Source: a virus
Taxonomy: Duplodnaviria; Caudoviricetes
Direction: 5' to 3' (one strand)
DNA: 64,000 nucleotides
Virus record (IMG/VR): IMGVR_UViG_2510065010_000001
Location: 1 to 64,000 of that record
Below, piece by piece: positions 31,001 to 40,927 of the stretch. Positions within the stretch are counted from its first letter, which is position 1. The number at the start of each line of letters is the position of its first letter. The position numbers and the translations under genes are program-made. Below the pieces are notes generated by a model. It did not search any database, was not told the DNA's origin, and was given only the letters and a program-made list of their open reading frames with translations.

Positions 31001-31103
31001 TGGTGCAATACTCCGAAGAATACTAATAATGGCATGATTGTTGAAACGAGATAGGCGACGGTTGAAAGTCCTATCACCAATACAAACAGTGGGCGATTGT
31101 TTC

Positions 31104-31730
31104 TCATAGTCCTGTTAACGAAACACCTGCAAGAAATTTATAGTGGTTAATGTTCACAATTCGGACAGGAATAGAACCAGTGGGGCGGTCGATTACTTTA
31201 CCGTTACCTATTGCTATCCCAACGTGGGTGATTGTTCCTTTCGGATAGTCTCCGTAGGTATTCACCCAAGCTACCAGATCACCGGGTTTAAGTTTGTTAG
31301 GGTCTTTTATTAAAAGTCCGATGTCAGGACCAAAAAACGAGTTAGCATGTCCTTTCTCTGCAGTAAACCCATCAATCGTTTGTTTACTAACTCCTACATT
31401 TACCCCAGCCTGCTCCAATACATGCCTAACAAAAAATGCACATTGTGCACTATGTCCGGGTTTGAATTCTTTGCCTTCCCAAGATTTTGCAATCTCAACT
31501 ATGCGTTCTGAGGCAGTTTTTGTAATCTTTTCAGGAGTCGTAATAGGTTTATTAACTTCTGCAAGTTTTACGTCTGTCTTAGAGTACTGTGTTTCACGGT
31601 TAGTAGAGTTACCAGACACGAGAGAATTTGAGATGACTACTACAAAAATCCCAACAGCAAGCCCCTCTAATACTTTACGTTTGGAGGCTTGCTGTTGAGC
31701 TGTTTTTGGAGAGTAGTTAGAAACACTCAT
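31104..31730 (-). CDS. NlpC/P60-CHAP family cell-wall hydrolase
   Basis: QCAFFV, LKPGDLV and THVGIA; N-terminal TM. Confidence 0.85.
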   Translation of the reverse strand: MSVSNYSPKTAQQQASKRKVLEGLAVGIFVVVISNSLVSGNSTNRETQYSKTDVKLAEVNKPITTPEKITKTASERIVEIAKSWEGKEFKPGHSAQCAFFVRHVLEQAGVNVGVSKQTIDGFTAEKGHANSFFGPDIGLLIKDPNKLKPGDLVAWVNTYGDYPKGTITHVGIAIGNGKVIDRPTGSIPVRIVNINHYKFLAGVSLTGL

Positions 31731-31733
31731 TCT

Positions 31734-31952
31734 TCACATATTTAATAAGTACTGAGCAACTCGATCAAAAAGATTGTCTTTTCCAAACACGGTTGATTTA
31801 GTTATTGGATCGGCACCGCACACAAGTGACATATGACGGAGAACTGGGAAAGACACTGGAAGATTATCCTCGTCAAGTCCATGCACCATAAGTACAGGAC
31901 TACCAGAAAATCCAAGTCCTAGCTTTACCTTTCTTATTTTTATTCCGTGCAT
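31734..31952 (-). CDS. Hypothetical protein
   Basis: Coupled small ORF. Confidence 0.45.
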   Translation of the reverse strand: MHGIKIRKVKLGLGFSGSPVLMVHGLDEDNLPVSFPVLRHMSLVCGADPITKSTVFGKDNLFDRVAQYLLNM

Positions 31953-32057
31953 ACTTCTGCTGCTCTGGGTCTAACTCATTAATAAAGTGCCAACCGATAG
32001 CACTTGTTACTGATATTCCGACTAAGAATAGTAGTCCGATCAAAACTTCCATGAGAG

Positions 32058-32612
32058 TTACTTAAATATGTTTTCAACGCTTTCTTTTGATAAGTTGCTT
32101 GGTTGCCATTCTTGACGACCAGAACTAACCCAGGTGCTTACCCTAATGACCTCACCTTTAATAAACTGTCCGATTGGTTCGAAAGAAGTAACCTCACCTT
32201 CTTTGAAGGTTGTTTTGATGTTCCCGCAAAACTGGTAGATTTCGCGGCGAGACTCTACTACATAGCACCCTTCATCGTTATGCCGAATTTTGCCGTCAAT
32301 GGGGGTGTAAAACTCACCGTCTTCATTAGGTAAGAACGCAACTTCATTCCAGGAGTTAACGGAAGTGACTTTATTAAATACTGAACCTGCGTAGATAGAA
32401 CCTGACTGAGGTAAACTACCACGCCCATCGTCTGGACTGTCAGTAGGTGACGTTGAAGGTAAAGGGCGGGGACGGTTACGATCTCGCCACCATTGGGGAG
32501 GAGCGTCAGCTTGTGCGTTGTTACCCTTTGTACCAAAAACAGCAGCTCCGATAAGTCCCCCCGCCATTACTAGAGAAATTCCAATAGGAATCAGGATTAA
32601 ATTAAACTTCAT
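32058..32612 (-). CDS. Membrane-anchored protein, possibly a degenerate M23 fold
   Basis: TM segment; YTPIDGKI...G.V....PIG without Zn ligands. Confidence 0.5.
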   Translation of the reverse strand: MKFNLILIPIGISLVMAGGLIGAAVFGTKGNNAQADAPPQWWRDRNRPRPLPSTSPTDSPDDGRGSLPQSGSIYAGSVFNKVTSVNSWNEVAFLPNEDGEFYTPIDGKIRHNDEGCYVVESRREIYQFCGNIKTTFKEGEVTSFEPIGQFIKGEVIRVSTWVSSGRQEWQPSNLSKESVENIFK

Positions 32613-32931
32613 AGAGAAAGAAAGAATTGAATTTCTCTTTTAGCTTATCTAAAGTTCACCCGATTTGCATACAGAAGACACCATTTTCAATACACGTTTC
32701 TCTGAAATCAGTAGCCTGTTCAGAAGAAACGTGAAAGTAAAACCGCTCGGTACTTCTGGCAGTTAGTCGAAATTTAGCAAACGTTAACTTCTTTGCATCT
32801 ATATCTGACTGAACTAGAAATATAAGCATGTTCGTTAACTATCTATTAACTTGGGCAAGTTAGATACCAGACTTTTTGAAGCAACCAAAATGTGACAGAA
32901 GTGATTGAAAACAACGATATGGAGTTAATCG

Positions 32932-33150
32932 CTATTGAGGTAGATAAAACCTTAAAAGTTTGTAATCTAAATTAGTGATTCCTACCTCTTCCAACTCGTC
33001 ATCTGTAAATAAAGAAGTACCATTGGCAGCACCTAATCCAAGAAAAACTGTTCGATTTCTGAAGAGGTAACTAGCATTCCACAATTCTGTTACATCTATG
33101 TCTTCGTCTGGTAGCTCAAACGAACCTGATAAAGTGAATTCAACTTTCAT
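32932..33150 (-). CDS. Hypothetical protein
   Basis: Small acidic ORF. Confidence 0.5.
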   Translation of the reverse strand: MKVEFTLSGSFELPDEDIDVTELWNASYLFRNRTVFLGLGAANGTSLFTDDELEEVGITNLDYKLLRFYLPQ

Positions 33151-33300
33151 CGCACAATCCTTTGATAACGAAGACTAAATTCTTGAGGAAGTTGTTTTAC
33201 TGAAGCAGGCGCAGCTTTTACTACACCTTTCATGATAGGTGTTGGTGTCTGTTCGTAATATTCAATTGCTTTAATTAACAGATCTATCGACATAAAACTC

Positions 33301-33531
33301 CTAAGTATTAGATAGTTTATTTTGGATTTTTTCTAGCACTGCTGCGTTTAGAGTCTCAACAGCAATAGTTTTGCCATCTTCACTCAAGAATTCAACCTCA
33401 AAATTTTCTGAGTCGTAAACATGCACAACAGTTCCGATCGAACCCCTTTTAACAGTTAAACAATCAGCTAACAATCTCACACGAGATAGAAGAGAGACCT
33501 TATCCACGTTGGCTACCTGTATAAAAGACAC
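33301..33531 (-). CDS. DUF4926-like protein
   Basis: GSIGTVVHVY...FEVEF...G.TIAV. Confidence 0.75.
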   Translation of the reverse strand: MSFIQVANVDKVSLLSRVRLLADCLTVKRGSIGTVVHVYDSENFEVEFLSEDGKTIAVETLNAAVLEKIQNKLSNT

Positions 33532-33802
33532 GTCCTAAGTTTTTCTCAACTTCTTCTGGTCGCACTACGATGTACCTATTGTGAACAACAAAGAACCGCA
33601 CACCTCTAAGAAGCAGCAGTACTCTGTCAGTGCAATACTTTGCAGTGTCGTAGAAGTAGTTATTAAGACCAATTTGCTCGGCTGGAAACCAAGAAGGAAT
33701 GCTACCGTTCCAGTCGTCTGTCCAAGCTTGACAAAGCGTAAAGTTGTAGCGAAGTATACCGGACTTCACTACAACGGTTACTGGGAGATTGGTTTTAAGC
33801 AT
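33500..33802 (-). CDS. Hypothetical protein
   Basis: Coupled ORF. Confidence 0.5.
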   Translation of the reverse strand: MLKTNLPVTVVVKSGILRYNFTLCQAWTDDWNGSIPSWFPAEQIGLNNYFYDTAKYCTDRVLLLLRGVRFFVVHNRYIVVRPEEVEKNLGRVFYTGSQRG

Positions 33803-34236
33803 TAGTTAGATAGGTGGATTATCAAAGCCTTTTTATGTAGTTCTGAACCTGCTTCAGCTTTACGGCAGACAAATTTAATTGCTCGGAAATCCTCGTCAAA
33901 AATTTCAGCCTCGTCTAAACGCTGGATTTGATAGACGAACCCATTATGAAAAACATCCCAACCTTCTGTTACTGCTTGGATTGAGTCTTCTTTAGTCCAA
34001 ACCTCATGTTCGTAAACAGTTAATAATTCTGGAGGACTGCTTTCCCAAACGTCTAAAGCTTCTTCAATATCATCGTATGACATTGACGCTACTTTTTCTT
34101 TAGCTAAGTGACCTAAAGCTAATATTTCTTTATCAGGAGTATCCGAGAACATCTCAACAAATTCATGCCCGTTTAACTCCTGTTCGCACTCCAGTTTAAG
34201 TCGAAGATATACATTGATTTTCTTTTTGATTTTCAT
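33802..34236 (-). CDS. Phage-type hypothetical protein
   Basis: EGWDVF...QIQRLD...A..GS.LH.KAL motif. Confidence 0.6.
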   Translation of the reverse strand: MKIKKKINVYLRLKLECEQELNGHEFVEMFSDTPDKEILALGHLAKEKVASMSYDDIEEALDVWESSPPELLTVYEHEVWTKEDSIQAVTEGWDVFHNGFVYQIQRLDEAEIFDEDFRAIKFVCRKAEAGSELHKKALIIHLSN

Positions 34237-34936
34237 AGAGGATTTTGTTTAAACTGATAACACTGTTTCCAACTACTTTATAAGTTTGAGTTGCCCAATC
34301 TGGTAACTCAGCTGAATACACGGCTCCCAACTTTTCCAATTCCTCTTGGTTACATAAAATGTCTGCCTGCAAATCGTCCATTTGGTGAGGAGTTAAATCT
34401 ACCCAATGACTATTAACTATCTGCTGAGCAGCAATTAATTCATCGTGGTGAACGTCAAAAACCCAACGAGTTGTATAGGTTCTGTCACTATCTCCGTAAA
34501 TATGATCCCAACCATCTGAATGCGCATAGCGCTTCGTCAAAGTGACGGGAATAGTTTGTCTCCACTCACCTTCCTCCCGATCTTTATCCAATGCTGCTTC
34601 AATTTCAGCAAGACTTTGCGGTTCTAGTAGACTAAAAATTAATCCTTTCGCAAGAGTTGATGCTTCTTCATAGTTTGCACAATCCCAAATTTTGTCTTCA
34701 AATCTGGGATTATCTGTGTCGTAACTGATTTCAGAATTTTTATCTACCATCGAGAAGAGAGCGTCGGAAACTCCGTTTACGTTAGTTACGGTAGAAGAAC
34801 GTTCTGTTTTAAGATGGAAGGCTTCTACCTCTAAACGCTCTGCAAAAACATATTCAGGAATTGGGTAGCTCTGAATAGAAAAGGTATAGTCATGACCTAC
34901 GATTGTGATTTCCATGTTATGAGGCATTACCTGCAA
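34196..34936 (-). CDS. Hypothetical acidic protein
   Basis: 246-aa ORF. Confidence 0.6.
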   Translation of the reverse strand: MQVMPHNMEITIVGHDYTFSIQSYPIPEYVFAERLEVEAFHLKTERSSTVTNVNGVSDALFSMVDKNSEISYDTDNPRFEDKIWDCANYEEASTLAKGLIFSLLEPQSLAEIEAALDKDREEGEWRQTIPVTLTKRYAHSDGWDHIYGDSDRTYTTRWVFDVHHDELIAAQQIVNSHWVDLTPHQMDDLQADILCNQEELEKLGAVYSAELPDWATQTYKVVGNSVISLNKILYENQKENQCISST

Positions 34937-34942
34937 TAGCTA

Positions 34943-35380
34943 TTAAACAATCGGAAATTTGTTTTTATATTGGTCTAACAATTGAAAGAAGTACTTTAGA
35001 GGTTCCTCAGTTACTACTGCAATTGCTCTATCCCAAGAGTTTCCTGGTGCAACATTTAACGTTTGAAGTACCCAATCACCAAAATCTGCAAAGTGCTCTT
35101 TCTCCTTAGAAGGAACATCCCAGGTGGCAACGTTGTAACCACAAATGAATGCATACAACCGATGAATACAAGCACCTCCTAGATACATTTGTGGGCGTTG
35201 CTCAATTTTTTCTAGTAATTCGTAAAATTCCATTCTTGACACACTTTGATAATACAAACAAGATTGAGCTTCGCACTTAAACTCTCTTTCTATTAAATCT
35301 AGTTTAGGTGCATACTCAGTTTTAATGGAGGTAGCAACTGAGCAGGTTTGAAAATAAATACAATTGCTACACGATTTCAT
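34943..35380 (-). CDS. Hypothetical protein (RP.MY immunity-like domain)
   Basis: LLEKIEQRPQMYLG...AFICGY...F.DW. Confidence 0.6.
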   Translation of the reverse strand: MKSCSNCIYFQTCSVATSIKTEYAPKLDLIEREFKCEAQSCLYYQSVSRMEFYELLEKIEQRPQMYLGGACIHRLYAFICGYNVATWDVPSKEKEHFADFGDWVLQTLNVAPGNSWDRAIAVVTEEPLKYFFQLLDQYKNKFPIV

Positions 35381-35511
35381 AGCTTCAAATTACGAATTCT
35401 TTACCGTTCTATATCAAGAGTGCTCCAACCTTTTGCAATCATCACTCCTTCTAAGCTCAGAATCTTTTTGGTACAAACTGATCTCCTTGGTTAAGTGATG
35501 ACAAACTGCAC

Positions 35512-36039
35512 TTATTGTGCGTTTTTGATTGCCGTTTCTAATACCTTTTCAATTTCTACTGGGTAGAAATTCCAAGCGTCAACACCTACGTCAGCTCGAC
35601 GAAGATTGTTGCTGTATTCACACGGAGTTTTCGAATGTCGATGTCCATGCAAGTGAACACTCCCATAATGAGATCCGTTCCACTCTTGTATTGGATAGTG
35701 GAATAGTATTACAAACACCCCACCGACTTCAATTTCTGCATAATCTTCAACGCTTGTGATACGCCCGTGATTTCGAAAGAATTGCTTTTTTTTAAGGTCA
35801 TGGTTTCCCAATATGAGATGTATTTTGCCGTTTAGCTCTTCTAATATCAAATTGGTTTGATGAGAATTTCCAAAAGAGACATCACCTAGTAAATAAACAT
35901 GGTCTTCATCACTGATGGTAGAGTTCCAGTTATTAACAATAGTTGAGTTCATTTCTTCAACGGAGTTAAATGGTCGTTTTGCATACTGGATTATGTTTTT
36001 GTGGAAGAAATGCAGGTCGGAAGTTACGAAAGTTTTCAT
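35512..36039 (-). CDS. Calcineurin-like metallophosphoesterase (phage type)
   Basis: SDLHF, LGD, GNHD, HYP and HGHRH. Confidence 0.92.
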   Translation of the reverse strand: MKTFVTSDLHFFHKNIIQYAKRPFNSVEEMNSTIVNNWNSTISDEDHVYLLGDVSFGNSHQTNLILEELNGKIHLILGNHDLKKKQFFRNHGRITSVEDYAEIEVGGVFVILFHYPIQEWNGSHYGSVHLHGHRHSKTPCEYSNNLRRADVGVDAWNFYPVEIEKVLETAIKNAQ

Positions 36040-36055
36040 TTATTTTTCTCTAAAT

Positions 36056-36313
36056 TTAACTACACGCAAAAGTATTAGACGCAATAAAACCAACCTTACC
36101 CTTATATTTAACGTGATAATAGGAACCACTCTCTTTTAAGACTTGAATGGTTCCACCTTTAGGAATAACCATTGCAGAGCCATCTTTATTTCTGTAAGTT
36201 ATATAAGGTGAAACTTTATAGACAAAAGTTGTTGGCTTTACGGTTGAACAAGTCGATGGTTGAGCTTTTACTGGTAGAGCTTGAGTTTGGAGTGCAATAG
36301 ATGCTACCAGCAA
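36056..36313 (-). CDS. Secreted SH3b-like domain protein
   Basis: IPKG..IQVLKESGSYYHVKYKGKVGFI. Confidence 0.65.
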   Translation of the reverse strand: MLVASIALQTQALPVKAQPSTCSTVKPTTFVYKVSPYITYRNKDGSAMVIPKGGTIQVLKESGSYYHVKYKGKVGFIASNTFACS

Positions 36314-36370
36314 CCAATGAAGTTTTTGTATTTTGACAAATGTGAAAAGAACAAGACTTTGTTTCCAGAC

Positions 36371-36721
36371 TTATTTTACTTGTATCCTCCCTACAAGGGA
36401 AGGCATCTCAGACTTTAATCTTTCCTGGATTGCGAGAGCTTCAGATTGATTCGAGAAGTTAATAAATACTACTGCCCTTTTGTTTTTTGTGGTCAGACAA
36501 CGATAGCTGCGGGAATTCAAAGCTTTGAATTCTTCGTTGATAAGGTGCTTAGTGAATTGATCTTCTTCCTGGGATGGTTCGGTAAGTTCTAGGTGTACTT
36601 GCTGGTTATGTGTATACCTTTGGCACGGACTAAGAGCACCTGGTCCTGCCTGTGCAGGTATTGTTAATAAGACTAACCAGGTTAATGAAAACGGTACATG
36701 TTGAAATCTACACATTTGCAT
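36371..36721 (-). CDS. Secreted hypothetical protein (SPOR-like?)
   Basis: Signal peptide ending AQA; F.N..EA..I..RL motif. Confidence 0.45.
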   Translation of the reverse strand: MQMCRFQHVPFSLTWLVLLTIPAQAGPGALSPCQRYTHNQQVHLELTEPSQEEDQFTKHLINEEFKALNSRSYRCLTTKNKRAVVFINFSNQSEALAIQERLKSEMPSLVGRIQVK

Positions 36722-36777
36722 AGCTGTATTCGACGGTTCGAACTGTAAGTTAGAGATAGTGAATTGATGAAAGACTT

Positions 36778-38109
36778 ATGCTCGGTGTTCCTACTCCATC
36801 TACTCAGTTTGAAGACTTTGGCTATCTCCAATCTAACCAAAGAATTTCTCTAGTCAACACTTCTCAATCTAATGATACCTTTCAGTTTTACTTGGAGAAG
36901 GAGGGGTACGTCACAGCAAGTACAGATGCCGTGGATGCCACCCTATCTTTATTGTCGTCAAGCGGTAGAGTTATTGAGCAGTCGGACTCGGACCTGGTTC
37001 GCAAAATCATTCCTGGACTTTACTTTATTAAAGCTGAAACCCCTTCTGGTAAATATGCTATTCAAGTTAAGCATTCTAGAAATCCAGACCTACCACCTTT
37101 GAAATTTGAAGATATGCAGTTCATTGGTCATGAAGGGGCTGTTGGCACAGTAAAAGTAAGTCTGAAGCAGAAACCGTTAAAACCTATCACCGCAGTATTT
37201 AACCCGGATCGTATTCAGTACACTACAGCGGATACAGACGGGGATATAACTAACGTTACTAAGAAGGAACTAAAGTTCACGCCGAAAGATTGGAACAAAC
37301 CCAAAACGATCGCATTTGTTGCGGAGTGGGATAACACTTCTAGCAATGCAGAACGGGAGCTTGGTTACGAGATACAAGACGGTAACCGTAAGAAAGCCTT
37401 TGAAAAAGCGATCGGCACAGTGACAAACACTTACGCGCCTGACCCAACTAAGTTTAATGTCCTGGTCGATTACCGTATGGTTGAGAACAACCCCGCCTGG
37501 ACGCAAGCTCGTCGTAGCTGGCTAGAGCAGGAAATTAATAAATGGGTGGCTCGAATTAGAAATGAGCTGCAACCTTACGACGACCGTTTTAATGTTTTTA
37601 TCGACCAGGCTCCATTTAGTACGTATGCCCATGTGGATGACATGATCATTTTTATAAGTGAAGACAACACGCCTGGGGCATTAGCCAGAACAGGTGCTAT
37701 GTACGGAAATTTAGCTGGTGAGGACACTTATCCTCGACTAATTACGATGCGTTTTAACTCAGACGTATATCAAGATACTGAGCTGCAATTTAGAGAGCTG
37801 GTTTCCCATGAAATGACTCATGCACTTGGTATGGTTGCATTAGAAGATAACGGTTTAGGTTTCCAGCATTTGCAGGGTTCCCCTGTACACACTGCTTTTA
37901 ATGGTCCCTATGCTCGTGCAGCCAATGGTAACCAAGCCGTTCCGTTGTATTCACAAGATACGTCCAACGAAGACGATCGAATTCACGTTCGGAACAGTGT
38001 GAATTCGATTATGGTTGACAATTTAGATAATGCACCATCAAGTTTTCCAACCACTTTGGATTGGGCTATTCTCGCAGACCACGGCTGGTTAGTACAGGGC
38101 GTCAATTGA
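36778..38109 (+). CDS. PPC + Ig/Calx-like domain + zinc metallopeptidase
   Basis: LKFTPKDWNKP, SHEMTHALG and SIM; paralog of 21146-23629. Confidence 0.85.
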   Translation: MLGVPTPSTQFEDFGYLQSNQRISLVNTSQSNDTFQFYLEKEGYVTASTDAVDATLSLLSSSGRVIEQSDSDLVRKIIPGLYFIKAETPSGKYAIQVKHSRNPDLPPLKFEDMQFIGHEGAVGTVKVSLKQKPLKPITAVFNPDRIQYTTADTDGDITNVTKKELKFTPKDWNKPKTIAFVAEWDNTSSNAERELGYEIQDGNRKKAFEKAIGTVTNTYAPDPTKFNVLVDYRMVENNPAWTQARRSWLEQEINKWVARIRNELQPYDDRFNVFIDQAPFSTYAHVDDMIIFISEDNTPGALARTGAMYGNLAGEDTYPRLITMRFNSDVYQDTELQFRELVSHEMTHALGMVALEDNGLGFQHLQGSPVHTAFNGPYARAANGNQAVPLYSQDTSNEDDRIHVRNSVNSIMVDNLDNAPSSFPTTLDWAILADHGWLVQGVN

Positions 38110-38169
38110 GACTGAAACTTAATAATAGGAGTTACCTCTTATATATAGAGGGTGTTAGCTTGGATTTGA

Positions 38170-39045
38170 ATGTTTCTTGAAATTAATAACTTTATGAAAA
38201 AGCAACTCTTTGCTGCACTTACAGCAGTTGCTACTGTCGCAATTGGGGCAGTAGAGGCTAAAGCCGATGTCATTTGGGGTCAGGCTAACAGCCCAGTTCC
38301 TTACGAAAATGCTGAACCGTTTATTGGTACACAACTAGACGGGCTAACTGAAACACAGTTGAATGTACCTTGGTCTGTTGGTTGTCCTTCTGAGTCTTCT
38401 TCGAGTGTTGCGAGAGTTTATGGTTTTGCAGATTTTAACCAAGATGGCAATAAGGACGTTCTCTATCACCTATCTGACGGCGATGTTTACATTGCTTTAG
38501 GTACCGGTGCTTGGAACACCTACTCTTCTTGTGTACTTTTGCAAAACGTACCTCTTGATTGGTATGCTGTCCCCGCTAAATTAGTGGGTGATGGACATGT
38601 AGACATTGCTTGGCATAACAAATCTAGTGGTGCTTTTGGACTTTGGGAGATGAACGGTACGGCTGTTGCTGGATATGCTGGAGTTTCGGGTGCAGATACT
38701 ATTCCTCCTGAATGGATTCTATCCGCATCATCAGACTTTAACGCTGACGGAAAGGATGATCTTGTTTGGCGGAACACCACATCAGGACAGAACGCTATTT
38801 GGGTGTTAGACAACGGAACCATCGTTGATGTGAAGTTTCTGACAGATGTACCTTCTGGTTGGTATATTCGTGGGGCAGGAGATTACAACGGTGATGGTAA
38901 GCCTGATTTATTGTGGTGGTCACCTTCTGCAGCTCCAGATGGACTAACTGCAGTTTGGGTACTAAATGAGTATCTGCAGATTACTGCTGCTCCTTTGCTA
39001 ACATCCCCTGGTGCTAACTACATTCCTTTAGGTGGTTGGGATTAA
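38170..39045 (+). CDS. Secreted FG-GAP/VCBS repeat protein
   Basis: Signal peptide; DFNADGKDDLVWRN-type repeats. Confidence 0.88.
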   Translation: MFLEINNFMKKQLFAALTAVATVAIGAVEAKADVIWGQANSPVPYENAEPFIGTQLDGLTETQLNVPWSVGCPSESSSSVARVYGFADFNQDGNKDVLYHLSDGDVYIALGTGAWNTYSSCVLLQNVPLDWYAVPAKLVGDGHVDIAWHNKSSGAFGLWEMNGTAVAGYAGVSGADTIPPEWILSASSDFNADGKDDLVWRNTTSGQNAIWVLDNGTIVDVKFLTDVPSGWYIRGAGDYNGDGKPDLLWWSPSAAPDGLTAVWVLNEYLQITAAPLLTSPGANYIPLGGWD

Positions 39046-39061
39046 GTGCTAACTAAATAAT

Positions 39062-39091
39062 AAAACCGGGGAGAGTGTTCTTCCCGGTTTT
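39062..39091. terminator. Bidirectional terminator
   Basis: AAAACCGGG...CCCGGTTTT. Confidence 0.7.
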
Positions 39092-39217
39092 GTTATAAGA
39101 ACTCGAATGGTTCAAGTTCTTAGTGTAGCTAGAGTATGCCTTCTCCCGCCGTATTTAGTAATGTGTACGGTTAGCTACTTCTATATAGTAGCTTATGATG
39201 CACGAGATCGAAGCATT

Positions 39218-39919
39218 TTATCTTTTATATATGTCTGAAGCACGTCTTAAAATGAAGTTTTCATACCGTTTAAGAATTTGGACTGCTGGAACTTTTGGTG
39301 TGTTGAAAGGCAGTAAGATTTGACCACTTGTTAGTTTTAGTGCTGCTTCTAAACCAAAGATAGAAATTAGACTCTCGCTAACTACTTGCCTTAAACGGGA
39401 TGGCAGTGTAATTTCGGCAACAGACTGCTGAACATCTTTTAGGTCTGAACAAATTACTAAAGGGTCTTCACCTAAATCTCCTCCTACTATTGCTGATCTA
39501 TTAACACTACCCTCACTTGTTATGTAGTTCAAAGCACCGTTTACAAGCTCCACCTGTGTGGTACCGACACCAACAAAACGGGTGGTCATTATTGCTGCAA
39601 TTCTACTTGGAGTAGCCTTTGCTATTCTTTCATACGGTATGTTAGCAGGATTACCTGACGTTTGAAACTGCGTAGTTTCGTCTATGCCTGACGGTTCACC
39701 ACTAAGTGGTAAAAGAGAAACTTTGTTATTAACTCTTTCTAGTCCAGCCCAAACAATATAAATGTTTGTTTTCGGTATTGCTGCACAGTACATTAGTCCG
39801 AAAAATTGGCTATCTCTTGTCTTTAGAATACTTGTACCTGATGCAAATACTGGTGTTATAGACGTTAGAAAAAACGTAACAGCTAAAAGAACAGACAAAA
39901 ATGCTTTTTGAAAAGTCAC
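39218..39919 (-). CDS. Secreted two-Cys family protein, paralog 1
   Basis: Signal peptide; G...C..IPKTN and NRS.IV.GD...P.VIC shared with 52045-52761. Confidence 0.75.
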   Translation of the reverse strand: MTFQKAFLSVLLAVTFFLTSITPVFASGTSILKTRDSQFFGLMYCAAIPKTNIYIVWAGLERVNNKVSLLPLSGEPSGIDETTQFQTSGNPANIPYERIAKATPSRIAAIMTTRFVGVGTTQVELVNGALNYITSEGSVNRSAIVGGDLGEDPLVICSDLKDVQQSVAEITLPSRLRQVVSESLISIFGLEAALKLTSGQILLPFNTPKVPAVQILKRYENFILRRASDIYKR

Positions 39920-39931
39920 AGTTTGAGACGT

Positions 39932-39961
39932 AATTCAACAGCATAATTATGCTGTTGAATT
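39932..39961. promoter_or_regulatory. 30-bp perfect palindrome between the partner gene and the secreted gene
   Basis: AATTCAACAGCATAA|TTATGCTGTTGAATT. Confidence 0.5.
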
Positions 39962-39976
39962 CTTATGCTTGTGTGC

Positions 39977-40633
39977 TTAATTATTCTCTTGCACCCACGG
40001 AGGTTTTTCAAACTTGTGTTTTGTTTTGTTGATTAGCCTAACACTGACGATGCTGCCTAAGAAATTATTAATATGGTACGGCTCAAGACCCAACGAACTA
40101 ACTACCAAAGTTAGTTCGTCACTCTCCAATTCTTCGTCATTCATCTTCAACCCAGCTGGCAATCCAATCGAAATAGGAAAGGGGTTTAGACTTTCTACTT
40201 CTCTTAACAAAAAACTATGGTTGTAGCCTGAATTAGGCTCTTGCCTACTCATGTAGTGTTTGACTTGGACTAGACTTCTAGCCTCATCATATAGATATTC
40301 ATCTTCGTCAGGAGGTAGCCTGTCAACAAAGTGCCGCAACCGACGTATCTCTGATACGACTTTAAACTCTTTATCTGTAAACACTTCGTCATTGAGATTT
40401 TCCAAAATTGGTATCGAATCTCGATTAATAATCTCGGTGAGTTCCTCGTATCTTTGTTTATTGAAATCTAGAAACGTGTACAACTCCGTAAACAAAGTGT
40501 ATTTGGCTAATTTTTCCCACTTAAAGTAAACGTCTGAAATGGTCTGCTGTTTAGTTAGTACAGACTCTAAAAACCCATGCTGTTTTGCTAACCAAAGTAC
40601 TTGTTCAAGTGACGGCGAATAGTGTGCTTTCAT
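39977..40633 (-). CDS. Acidic cytoplasmic hypothetical protein (partner 1)
   Basis: 218 aa; no TM segment. Confidence 0.65.
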   Translation of the reverse strand: MKAHYSPSLEQVLWLAKQHGFLESVLTKQQTISDVYFKWEKLAKYTLFTELYTFLDFNKQRYEELTEIINRDSIPILENLNDEVFTDKEFKVVSEIRRLRHFVDRLPPDEDEYLYDEARSLVQVKHYMSRQEPNSGYNHSFLLREVESLNPFPISIGLPAGLKMNDEELESDELTLVVSSLGLEPYHINNFLGSIVSVRLINKTKHKFEKPPWVQENN

Positions 40634-40927
40634 AAATTGTTTAGTTTAAGTTAGACATTAAAGCCATGCATAATATTCTCTGGCTAAGAATGAGCAAGAC
40701 TTTTGCAGGCTAGTCACAGTAATGTAATCAAGCATTACACATATTTTAACTTCTTTGTTATTAAACACTCTTCTGAAGAAAGATTGCGCATCTGTTTCGA
40801 ATAGTGTGAACTCTTTGTCATTTATATAGCCCAGACATTTAGATCACGCGGTTATTTAGATTGACCGTTCTATGAGGCAGAATGTGACTTGTGTTAGAAA
40901 TTAAATAACTCACTTTATAAAACTGTC

